64,000 bases of DNA from a bacterium (GCA_016786595.1 JAEUWB010000006.1:50648-114647); one strand, 5' to 3'; shown: positions 51,028 through 59,654, counted from the first letter of the stretch. The notes: a model not told the origin generated them from the sequence alone. Numbers and translations: made by a program.

Positions 51028-52830
51028 ATGAAGCAAGAAAACACCCTCAAAACTAGACAGGATCAGCTCGATTCAGACACATGGGATGCGTCCTCAATTT
51101 ATAAAAATATTGAAGCCTGGGAAAAGGATTTTAATGAAATTGCGGCCAAGCTACCGCTACTCGAGCAGGCCAAGGGCAAAATCAAAGTTTCTGCAAAATC
51201 CTGCCGAGAGGTTTTAGACCTCTTCTACGAGACCTATCGCAAAGCAGAACTTGTTTATACTTACACCAAGTGCTTGATCGACGTTGATACGACAAACCAA
51301 GCATCCTCGGCCTTAAGCCAACGTGCCATGCAGCTCTTTACGAGAATTAGCGCGGCAACAAGTTTCCTTAGACCTGAAATCATGGATTTGCCTGAGGCAA
51401 CAGCTCAGTCTTACCTCGAAGACAAAAGCTTGGAATCTTACCAACGAGTCCTGGCTGAGATCTTACGTTTTCGTCCGCATGTATTAACCGACAAGGAAGA
51501 GAAACTTTTAGCCCTCGGCAGCGAAGCCTTGAGCGGAGCAGAACGAATTTTTTCAAAATTGACAAACGCCGATTTTGATTTCGGGACAATTGCTTGGCAA
51601 GGTCAAGCGCTGCCGCTCTCGCATTCCACATTTTCTTTGTATTTAAAAGATCAAAATCAAGAATTAAGAAAACTTGCGCATCAAAGCTATTATGGCGTTT
51701 ATCGCGCGCACGAGAATTCAATTACCGAAATGCTTGTAGCCTCGATTGAACGTGACGTTTTTCATGCTCGTGCCAGGAATTACTCTTCTGCCCGCGAAGC
51801 TTCGCTCTTTAGCGACAATATCAAGCCAGAAGTTTATGATAATTTAGTTACTTCAGTTTCGACCGGAATTGCCTGCTTACATCGCTACTATCAATTCCGT
51901 AAGCAAACGCTCGGGCTCAAAACGCAAAATATTTATGACACCTACGTGCCAATTGTCGAAAAAGTCGAAACCAATATCGCTTTTGATGAGGGCATTGAGA
52001 TTCTGCTGAGCGCTTTAAGGCCTTTAGGCGAAGATTATGTCTCGGTCTTGTCGACAGGCTTGAAAGAAGCGCGTTGGTGCGACCGTTACGAGAATAAAGG
52101 AAAAATTAGCGGAGCCTATTCAGGCGGCTGCCACGACACCTATCCCTTTATTTTAATGAATTATAAAGCCACTGACATCCGTGATTTGTTTACGCTGGCA
52201 CATGAAGCCGGTCACTCAATGCATTCCTACTATGCCCGAAAAAATCAAGCATATCAGGATAGCGATTACACAATTTTTGTAGCTGAAGTCGCTTCGACCT
52301 TCAATGAGCAGTTACTCTTTAGGGAGCTAAAAAAACGCTACGCCCACAAACCTGAGATGCTCAAGTTTCTCACTAACCAGCAAATTGACGACATCAAGGC
52401 GACTTTCTTTAGGCAAACAATGTTTGCCGAATTTGAGCGCGATACGCACGCGACCATGGAACGGCATGAACCATTAACGCTTGAGGTGTTACGCAAGATT
52501 TATCGCAAGTTACTTGAGAAATATTTTGGTCCGAGTGTGACAATTTCGGAGTTAGACGAGCTTGAATTTTTACGCATCCCGCACTTTTATCATGCCTTTT
52601 ATGTCTACAAATATGCGACGGGAATTTCTGCGGCGATTGCGCTTTCGCAAAAAGTCATGCAAGGCGATGTTGTAGCGCGTGATCGCTACCTAAGTTTCCT
52701 TAAAACTGGTGGAGCAAAATATCCGCTAGAAGTGCTGAGTGAAGCTGGTGTAGATATGACTAAGTCTGACGCTGTAAATGCCACGATTGCTCGCTTTGAT
52801 GAGCTCTTGATCGAGCTAGAAAGCAGCTAA
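51028..52830 (+). CDS. pepF: Oligoendopeptidase F (M3B family zinc metallopeptidase)
   Basis: HEAGHSMH zinc-binding HExxH motif; 600 aa. Confidence 0.85.
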   Translation: MKQENTLKTRQDQLDSDTWDASSIYKNIEAWEKDFNEIAAKLPLLEQAKGKIKVSAKSCREVLDLFYETYRKAELVYTYTKCLIDVDTTNQASSALSQRAMQLFTRISAATSFLRPEIMDLPEATAQSYLEDKSLESYQRVLAEILRFRPHVLTDKEEKLLALGSEALSGAERIFSKLTNADFDFGTIAWQGQALPLSHSTFSLYLKDQNQELRKLAHQSYYGVYRAHENSITEMLVASIERDVFHARARNYSSAREASLFSDNIKPEVYDNLVTSVSTGIACLHRYYQFRKQTLGLKTQNIYDTYVPIVEKVETNIAFDEGIEILLSALRPLGEDYVSVLSTGLKEARWCDRYENKGKISGAYSGGCHDTYPFILMNYKATDIRDLFTLAHEAGHSMHSYYARKNQAYQDSDYTIFVAEVASTFNEQLLFRELKKRYAHKPEMLKFLTNQQIDDIKATFFRQTMFAEFERDTHATMERHEPLTLEVLRKIYRKLLEKYFGPSVTISELDELEFLRIPHFYHAFYVYKYATGISAAIALSQKVMQGDVVARDRYLSFLKTGGAKYPLEVLSEAGVDMTKSDAVNATIARFDELLIELESS

Positions 52831-52904
52831 CTGACAGTTTGAGCTAAGTGGAATGATCTGTTGACTTAGTTATTCACCCGTCATTGCGAACGAAGTAAAG
52901 CAAT

Positions 52905-53140
52905 CTGTTCACCGATATATTATACCAGTTTGCAAAAAGATTTTGGATCAAACACAGGGTTTTTGCAAACTGGTATATAAGTTGTGTCGTAGACGCAACC
53001 AGCCAACAAATCGCGTTTCCCCTTTATAAACAAGCCCGTGCAAAGCTTATGCACTCAAAGGCAATGTTTTTTATAACTCAGCTGCGTTTGCTATATATTC
53101 AAAATATTTAGGGGAAACGCTATAATATTTTTTCGTAATC
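52905..53140. repeat. Copy B of the ~240-bp two-hairpin repeat (family 2)
   Basis: Aligns with 10318..10560; flanked by the inverted 'gtcattgcga' / 'tcgcaatgac' sequences at 52876 and 53180. Confidence 0.7.
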
Positions 53141-53331
53141 AGTGAACAGATTGCTTCCTCGCCTGCGGCTCCTCGCAATGACAGCTGATTTGCAAAGTGA
53201 GCAAAAAGGCGATCGCAATGTCACGCAGTGCAAATAAATTGACGCAACCGCTGATAAAACTTTCAAGCTCCTGAACTGGTGCTTGAAACCTTGAAAAACA
53301 TCCGTGTCACGGGTGAAATACAAGATTAGAC

Positions 53332-54072
53332 CTAGGCCATAGTCCGCGGATCCGTGAGTTCTTGATCAGCGGGTTCTCGATCCCTAGGTGCCTCATTCTG
53401 GTCGACTTTGGGAAATGTTACCTGGACATTAAAGCCCGGACGCATTTCCTTCAAGGCTTGCGCATGGTCTGCCGCAGAATGCGAACTACCTAGAAACGCC
53501 GTGCCGATGATTGCAACAACGAGCTCAGAATTTTGATCTTGAATGAATCGCGCTTGAATCACACGATACTCAATCTTATCCCGATCTACGGATTTCAACG
53601 TGACGATTTTCTCGTAATAACGCATGCCATTGCTTACCTGACCATCCATTGTCCCGTTACTGACATCGATGATTTTCAGATCCTTTCGAATCTGGCGGTA
53701 AGCCCCAATGAACGCAGCAAAGTAAGTCAGAGCGCCATCTTTGAAGGAGCTACTGCCAAAATCAAGCTCCGAGTAATTGACTGTGATTGTCCCAGATCCA
53801 CTGCGTCGAGCTAAATCCCCAAAGGCGGGATCGCTCAGCCGATCTTGTTCCTGCTGATAGGAGCGCCGGATCGTGCCCCAATCACTAGCAAATCGACCCT
53901 CGACGACGATTCCGGCTGGCGATTCGAATGTGTAATTGCGATCGAACAGGGCCACTCGCTCGATCGTTATTATCAGTAGGCTCGTGAGTATGGCTACCAA
54001 AGGCCAATACCAGAGCGGTCGTCCTCGATATGTTGATGATGGTGGGTTAGTCCCCAGAGATTCTTCTTGCAT
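53332..54072 (-). CDS. Hypothetical membrane-anchored protein (246 aa)
   Basis: One N-terminal TM helix; no recognisable domain. Confidence 0.5.
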   Translation of the reverse strand: MQEESLGTNPPSSTYRGRPLWYWPLVAILTSLLIITIERVALFDRNYTFESPAGIVVEGRFASDWGTIRRSYQQEQDRLSDPAFGDLARRSGSGTITVNYSELDFGSSSFKDGALTYFAAFIGAYRQIRKDLKIIDVSNGTMDGQVSNGMRYYEKIVTLKSVDRDKIEYRVIQARFIQDQNSELVVAIIGTAFLGSSHSAADHAQALKEMRPGFNVQVTFPKVDQNEAPRDREPADQELTDPRTMA

Positions 54073-54275
54073 TTCAAAACCTTCCTTATTTTATTTTGCA
54101 CCAGTTCAGTGCTGGAGCTTAGCTTACACAAAGCAAAACTTGAGCACTGAGATGAAAGCGAAATACCCAAAGAAAAGGTTTTGAAAGAACTGCAAAAGAC
54201 TATAACGAAGAAAATATAGAAATAAAAGTGGAGGTTGGTAGCACCAAATAACAACCTCCTGAGACCTTGAGTTAC

Positions 54276-56102
54276 TTAAGCAACGTGCTCAGTGAAAATC
54301 TTCCACCGCACAAAACTGCTGACACCTTCACGATCCGCTCGAGGAGTGCTTCTGACTTTTTCTCCGGATTTAACTCCGTCGAGTTTAGACATAAAGCGTT
54401 CTCTCTGGAATCCACTCTTTGTGAGATCGGTAACCACAAAGTCAAACGTCAATGCATCACCATGGGCGACAATCCGCGTTCCATAGATCGCTTGATGTCC
54501 CTGCCAGTGCTCAATTTGGCCATCTCCCATGGCAATGATGTCTTCTTCAAGTTTGCTAAATGGAGTGCCGGCCGTGTTTTGATTGGCACGACGCCAGTCA
54601 ATGTCCATTCCATCTGCGATGCGTAAAAGCGCGCAAACAAAAGCGGCCTTAAGATCCTTTGGAAAGGGCATACCCCCTCCATGATAGAGGCAAATTTCGG
54701 CCAGTTGTCCGACTTCCTCATCAGTGAGGAGCCCCTCAAACTTGCCGTTCTTGGCCATTTCCAGAATCATGTCATGTGAATACTCGTAGTGGTGCTTACG
54801 AGCGTCCTCGGGCGACTTATTCTTCATGCCATGACCGATGTCGTGCAGAGCTCCAGCAAGACGTAACAGCAAGAGCGCTCGATCGTCGAGGTACTTGAAG
54901 TTACCACCTTTCCTTCCAAAGAAAAGCGAAGCCAAGGACTCGACAATCTTGAGGACCCTGATCACGTGACGTTGAGTGTGTTCGGTCATGTACCAGGGCG
55001 CATGAACGCGCGTCATGATGCCAAGCCCAAAACTCACCATATCCTTAGCAGTAAGTTCCGCCTCTTCCGGAATCGGCTGAGCGAGTTTACGAGCGATTTC
55101 TCGCATCAGCTCACTCTGATCTTGACCTTCTTCGAGTCGAAGCGTGACTGCATCCTGCTGACCGCGCAATTCATATTCCGACAAGCGCCAGCGCGGAGGC
55201 TGAGCATCTTTCTTCCAATGACGAAGCACAACGAGCTTTGTTACCCCGTTTTGCATTGCGCCGATCGCATAGTGGCAGTCATGCTTTTCCGCCAAGGCTT
55301 CCAGTTGCCGGTAACCCCAATTGGAATAGAGCGGTTCCTGACAAATCAGCACTCGGTATTCGCCAGCAACGACCTCGATCGCCGATTGCTTGACGATGTC
55401 CGGAAGCGGATTTGTTTCGGCAAGACCAAGCAGCCACTTCCAAGCGTCCTTATCCCTACGACGAGTATCGTTCGCGATGCAGACTAGTGCATTGAGAGGT
55501 GCTTCTCGCACGACAACGTCAAGGCCATGAGCAATACGGACCTCTGATGACTTGGCGTCTCTGTGGTAATTATCGCGGTCACAAATGGCCCCGATTCTTC
55601 CCCAACGCCGAGCATGTTTGTCGACTTGTCCATTCGACCCCCAAGCACCGGTAAAGCAAAGCGCAGGATTTGAGACAATCACAACCTTTGCCCCAGCCTC
55701 AACAAGCGGAGCCCAATTGATTTTCGTGCCCCGGTGATGGTCGATGATTTCAACCAAAGTACCTGTGCGCGTGAGTGCTTTGACTTTAGCCTGCACTTGT
55801 TCGACAAGCCCCTGGTCGGAGGACGGTAACGGTGTTTCGAGGATGATGATCCTACGAGTTCTGCCCGGATCAACTTGAAGTGCAAGGAAGGTGTCACGCC
55901 AGAAACTTTTGGGGTTCCCAGTTTGTTCTTCGCTGCAAACAACGTCTACGCGTTCCTTTGCCGCAAGAAGTTGCCGAAAGGTAATCGCCCCCATTGCAAC
56001 ACCATGAGCATCGGGACGCACGAAAAGAATCGTCTCTCGCCGATGGAATGGCAAGCTGCCATTTTGCTTTCGCTCCCGTGGAGCGCGTGTAGTTTTTTTC
56101 AT
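54276..56102 (-). CDS. DHH-family phosphoesterase fused to an HD-domain phosphohydrolase (unusual two-domain predicted nuclease/phosphatase)
   Basis: IIDHHRGT (DHH motif) in the N-terminal half; LAGALHDIGHG (HD motif) in the C-terminal half. Start taken at ATG 56102 (MKKTTRAP...). Confidence 0.65.
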   Translation of the reverse strand: MKKTTRAPRERKQNGSLPFHRRETILFVRPDAHGVAMGAITFRQLLAAKERVDVVCSEEQTGNPKSFWRDTFLALQVDPGRTRRIIILETPLPSSDQGLVEQVQAKVKALTRTGTLVEIIDHHRGTKINWAPLVEAGAKVVIVSNPALCFTGAWGSNGQVDKHARRWGRIGAICDRDNYHRDAKSSEVRIAHGLDVVVREAPLNALVCIANDTRRRDKDAWKWLLGLAETNPLPDIVKQSAIEVVAGEYRVLICQEPLYSNWGYRQLEALAEKHDCHYAIGAMQNGVTKLVVLRHWKKDAQPPRWRLSEYELRGQQDAVTLRLEEGQDQSELMREIARKLAQPIPEEAELTAKDMVSFGLGIMTRVHAPWYMTEHTQRHVIRVLKIVESLASLFFGRKGGNFKYLDDRALLLLRLAGALHDIGHGMKNKSPEDARKHHYEYSHDMILEMAKNGKFEGLLTDEEVGQLAEICLYHGGGMPFPKDLKAAFVCALLRIADGMDIDWRRANQNTAGTPFSKLEEDIIAMGDGQIEHWQGHQAIYGTRIVAHGDALTFDFVVTDLTKSGFQRERFMSKLDGVKSGEKVRSTPRADREGVSSFVRWKIFTEHVA

Positions 56103-56107
56103 TTTTT

Positions 56108-56173
56108 CACCTGTTCTCAGAACCGAAAACAAGTTGGGCGAATTGTTATTATTTGCGGTTAAGAGAACAGGTG
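56108..56173 (-). promoter_or_regulatory. 5'-UTR hairpin: perfect 11-bp stem ('cacctgttctc' / 'gagaacaggtg') that sequesters the AGGTG Shine-Dalgarno of the DHH-HD gene
   Basis: Loop of 44 nt; the stem ends 5 nt before the ATG on the minus strand. Confidence 0.5.
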
Positions 56174-56469
56174 AACTGGAAATGAAAAAGAAATTAAAAA
56201 AACCTAAATGTGCTACCAACTTCCTTCGCGAATTTTAGAGCCCAAATAATCCGCTCTTCCGCGAAGGAAAGGTATAAACTTCTACCCGTAATAGCCTATA
56301 AAAATCAGGCCATAATTTAGCATAATTTTAGTGCTTTTTCAAAGCGTGCCTTTTTAAGGGTTTTATGTTTAGTTTCAGGTGAAAAAATTAATACGGGTAA
56401 AGAATTAAATTACAGTCTCGTAGAGACGTTCGATTTGACTCTGTAAGACTGTAACTTACGATAATTCAG

Positions 56470-57029
56470 GTTTTATATTCGTTGAAGGCTTTGCGTTTAA
56501 GGAAACTTTCGTCACCTGATATGTATTTAGTTTACCATTAGCTTTGAATTTTTAATCTGAGAGTTCAAAGCTGACGGTGACTGAACTAACGAGAAGCGTA
56601 ACGCTCGGTGATGTAAAAAAAATCACCGAGTTTGCCCATACGCATCGTAGCCAGGAACGTGCCTCACTCTTTCAGCCTTCGAGAGCATAGGGGCAATTTT
56701 GTCAGCCATAGATGAGGAATATACCAATAGACTTGGTCTCATCTGTTGTCCCAGGCTTCAGCTTACCTCTCCACTGAAGTCTGGATTCTTTTTATTAACT
56801 GCGAGAGGAACTCATCCTCTCTCCTCCACTACTACCACCTCCCCTTGCTGTTGCACCCCCACTTCTAGCGAGTGGGAGGTTGGTAGACTAAACTGACGAA
56901 TTTCTGACCGCAATTCAACACCTAAAGGCCACGCAAAGATGGTCACGGTTAGTCAAGCAAACAAATAGGTGGGGGGCATCTCCCGACGGCTAGCTGCTCC
57001 TAACTAGCATGTCTCCCACCATTTTTTCC
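56470..57029 (+). ncRNA. Candidate ~560-nt structured non-coding RNA, class unknown
   Basis: The whole 1.37-kb region has no ORF of 60 aa or more in any frame. It holds a run of stable hairpins at 56745..56900, a candidate promoter (TTGACT 56435-56440, N19, GATAAT 56460-56465) and a strong plus-strand terminator at 56968..57029. Strand and ends are inferred. Confidence 0.3.
56968..57029 (+). terminator. Rho-independent terminator: GC-rich nested hairpin 'ggtggggggcatctcccgacggctagc...gctagcatgtctcccacc' followed by 'attttttcc'
   Basis: Read directly; the T-run is only on the plus strand. Confidence 0.6.
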
Positions 57030-57444
57030 GTCTTCTATCCTTGCAGTGAGCCCTCCGTAGCTCTCTTGCCATCTGCCTTTCCTCGTCGAGTTCACTTGAC
57101 TTTTGAGACGTGGCAGAACACGGCCCGTGGGTAGAGAAGCCATCTTACAGCTTCACTGGAGTGCTTTCCTCCGCTACCCCGGGTTCGTTTAAGGTTTATA
57201 AATTTTTCCTCCCTAGCCCTTTTTAACCGTCAAAGGGCAGTGTAAAGCCCGGAAGTAGCAGTGCTGGCTAAGTCACCTAGTCCAGATCACGAGGATCCCG
57301 CGGCAAACAGATCCTCAGCTACTCTCCGGGCCCGTTGAAAAAATTATGGTTATAAAATCGTACGTTACAGTCGCTTCCCTATTGACCATATCGCACTTGT
57401 AATTTTTTTTGCACCTCGTGTCGTTGGATTGCGAAAAGATTGAA

Positions 57445-57578
57445 GCTTAGGCTTGAACTTTTACTTAACCTTATCCTGCCCCTTCCTTTTTCAATTAGGG
57501 GTGGACTCTATTCGGGACAGGACAAGATCAAATTCAAATAGGGAGAAGGATAAGGTTAAGTTCATGCCTAAGCCTAAG
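57445..57578. repeat. REP-like palindromic element (copy 7, long nested-hairpin variant) 8 nt downstream of the TLP stop codon
   Basis: 'gcttaggcttgaactt' / 'aagttcatgcctaagcctaag' with an inner 'ttaaccttatcct' / 'aggataaggttaa' pair. Confidence 0.75.
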
Positions 57579-57585
57579 TCCCGAT

Positions 57586-58332
57586 CTAAATCACTTCTTC
57601 AAGCAGCTTGAGATAATCTGCATCAGACTCAGGCAATTTTGTCTCAACGAGGAATTTGCCATTCTTTTGAATTACTCCTGCGCCGCGCAAAATCCAACCT
57701 GGAGTTTTATCGGTGATCAATCCGCGCTCGCGGGCAAGTGACTCACGTTCTTCAAGTAAGAGGCGGCCAATTTCAGCGTTAATCTCTTGAGGAGATTTCC
57801 CTTCACGTTTTAAGCGATCACTGAGTAAGGCACCGGTCAAATTACGCATCGCAACTTTGCGCTGCCAAATAAAATAGTCGGCAACATGCTCCCGCGAGGG
57901 TAATTCTAGAAGCTTGGTATGAAAAAGCACGCAGAGCCCCAGGGCTTGTGCAAAATTCAAAGCCGCAGCACTAGCTAAGCCCGAGACTAGGCGGCCACGT
58001 TTACGCGGATTCAAGCTCTCGTTTAAATCAAAAAGTAGCGAGATTTCGTCGCCGTGAATGAAAGAGTAATTGATTTTATAGCCAACATCGTAAAGCGCTT
58101 TGGCGGTTTCAACTAAGGCATCAAATACTCGCTTGTCGTAAGGGTAGTCGATATCGGCTTTATCCCAGGCAGCGCCGTAACGCCTTCCATCCATGCGAAT
58201 GATTAGATGCGTATCAGGGAAAACTAAAGTATCGCCGTAGTTTTCAAAGCGTTCAAACAGGCGTTGGTATTCGGCTAACGTCTTTGGCCCATCTTGATCG
58301 GCTTTTGCATCGCGTTTACGTTTTTCTGTCAT
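57586..58332 (-). CDS. Thg1-like protein (TLP): tRNA-His guanylyltransferase family 3'-5' nucleotidyltransferase
   Basis: Thg1 hallmark motifs in the correct spacing: IIRMDGRRYG (hh-R-h-D-G-R) and FIHGDEISLLF (S/G-D-E-x-S-h-h-F carboxylate pair); 248 aa. Confidence 0.65.
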   Translation of the reverse strand: MTEKRKRDAKADQDGPKTLAEYQRLFERFENYGDTLVFPDTHLIIRMDGRRYGAAWDKADIDYPYDKRVFDALVETAKALYDVGYKINYSFIHGDEISLLFDLNESLNPRKRGRLVSGLASAAALNFAQALGLCVLFHTKLLELPSREHVADYFIWQRKVAMRNLTGALLSDRLKREGKSPQEINAEIGRLLLEERESLARERGLITDKTPGWILRGAGVIQKNGKFLVETKLPESDADYLKLLEEVI

Positions 58333-58523
58333 GGAATTGATCTCGATTATTTATTAACCTTTAAAGCACAGCTAACAACTAGCTCCGAGTTGCAGATCTT
58401 TCGGCTGGGCCGTAGTAAAACAAAGCTTTACTACGTGCTCGCTCAAGATGACAAGCAATTGATATTGGTGCAGTTTTGAGACGAAAACAAGGCGCAAAAA
58501 TTTTTTAGGGCCGACTTTATTAC

Positions 58524-58802
58524 AATAAACGTAAGATTTTTAGCCCAAAGACGAGGCGCGGGAATTTTTGAGGCTTTCCAATGTATGTAAATACATGAAA
58601 GACGAGAAAATTTCCCGTAACGACGTATTTGGCAAAAAGCGTAGATAAAAAGCTTAACAAACGCTAATAAACGTAAGATTTTTCGCCCAAAGACGAGGCG
58701 CGGGAATTTTTGAGGCTTTCCAATGTATGTAAATACATGAAAGACGAGAAAATTTCCCGCAACGAAGTATTTGGCAAAAAGCTTACGTTTATTAGCGTTT
58801 GG
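58524..58802. repeat. Tandem direct duplication of a 117-bp structured unit (period 142 bp, 3 mismatches) immediately 3' of rpsI; copy 2 is flanked by a 20-bp inverted repeat
   Basis: Units 58524..58640 and 58666..58782, with a 25-bp spacer. Each unit contains a 'cgggaattttt...aaaatttcccg' long-range stem. ORF 58443..58868 is an artefact. Confidence 0.8.
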
Positions 58803-59190
58803 AGAATTGCGTAGACTTACGAGCCTTATGCCGACCTGGCTTTTTACGCTCGACCTTACGCGCATCACGAGTAAGAAAGCCTGCTTTCTTCAAGGTAGCT
58901 CGTAATTCGGGCTCAACCTTAAGTAATGCACGGGCAATGCCAAGACGCACAGCACCAGCCTGTCCCGAAGCTCCGCCACCAGAAACATTAACTTTAAACT
59001 CGTAGCTATTTAAGCGCTCGGTAAGTTCAAGTGGTTGACGGATGATTAATTGAGAAGTCTTACGTGGAAAGAACTGTGTAAATTCGCGGCCGTTGACGAC
59101 GATTTTACCTTCTTTGCTTTTCTTGATGTAAACGCGAGCTGTTGCTGATTTACGTCTGCCAGTGCCTGTGATGTTTTGAACGCGTGCCAT
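58792..59190 (-). CDS. rpsI: 30S ribosomal protein S9
   Basis: Ends ...[14 protein letters not shown]; 132 aa. Confidence 0.95.
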   Translation of the reverse strand: MARVQNITGTGRRKSATARVYIKKSKEGKIVVNGREFTQFFPRKTSQLIIRQPLELTERLNSYEFKVNVSGGGASGQAGAVRLGIARALLKVEPELRATLKKAGFLTRDARKVERKKPGRHKARKSTQFSKR

Positions 59191-59216
59191 GTAACTGCTT
59201 ATCTCTCCGGTAAAAA

Positions 59217-59654
59217 TTACTTAGTAGTAGAAATGATTTTTGGTTGCTGCGCAGTGTGCGGATGCTCAGCTCCCGCATAGACTTTAAGCTTCTTGATTTG
59301 TCTTTTGCCTTGTGCGGTTTTTGGCAACATTCCCTTCACGGCATCAATAATGATGCGGTCAGGATGACTGCTCAAGCGCGTGCGTGCGGTTTCAGATTTC
59401 ATGTTACCAACAAAGCCAGTGTGCTTGTGGTAAATTTTCTGATCAAGCTTATTACCGGTGAAGCGTGCCTTTTCAGCATTGATCACGACAACAAAGTCGC
59501 CAGAGTCTTGATAGCCAGCAAAATAGCTTTTGTCTTTGCCACGTAGTGTCGTTGCAATTTTAGAAGCTAGTCGACCAACTACTTGATTTGTTGCATCGAA
59601 TAAAACCCAGCCGCGATTCTTAATAACTTCTTGTTCAGTAAAAAACTTAGTCAT
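59217..59654 (-). CDS. rplM: 50S ribosomal protein L13
   Basis: [31 protein letters not shown]... is a canonical L13 N-terminus. Confidence 0.95.
   Translation of the reverse strand: MTKFFTEQEVIKNRGWVLFDATNQVVGRLASKIATTLRGKDKSYFAGYQDSGDFVVVINAEKARFTGNKLDQKIYHKHTGFVGNMKSETARTRLSSHPDRIIIDAVKGMLPKTAQGKRQIKKLKVYAGAEHPHTAQQPKIISTTK

Noticed and set aside
53120-53323. 67-aa minus-strand ORF
   Set aside because: Overlaps the family-2 repeat and the 3' UTR region; no RBS; likely non-coding.
56699-56896. 65-aa plus-strand ORF inside the ORF-free region (TTG start; Cys/Thr/Pro-rich)
   Set aside because: Non-ATG start without an RBS, and its sequence coincides with the pyrimidine-rich arms of hairpins. 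More likely structured RNA than coding.
56220-57585. Tried to recognise the ORF-free region as tmRNA, RNase P RNA, SRP RNA or tRNA (searched for GGUUCGAAUCC-type T-loops, 'GGAGGAAAGUCCGGGCUCC' P4, 'GGUCCGGAAGGAAGCAGC' SRP domain IV).
   Set aside because: Only partial word matches were found ('ggaggaaagcactcc' on the minus strand, 'cccggaagtagcag' on the plus strand). There is no T-loop/acceptor pairing and no full consensus, so the class remains unknown rather than assigned.
58524-58802. CRISPR array
   Set aside because: Only two copies of a 117-bp unit with one 25-bp spacer, with no short-repeat / unique-spacer alternation and no cas genes.
58443-58868. 141-aa minus-strand ORF
   Set aside because: It spans the tandem 117-bp repeats and the 3' end of rpsI; internal duplication of peptide sequence shows it is an artefact.
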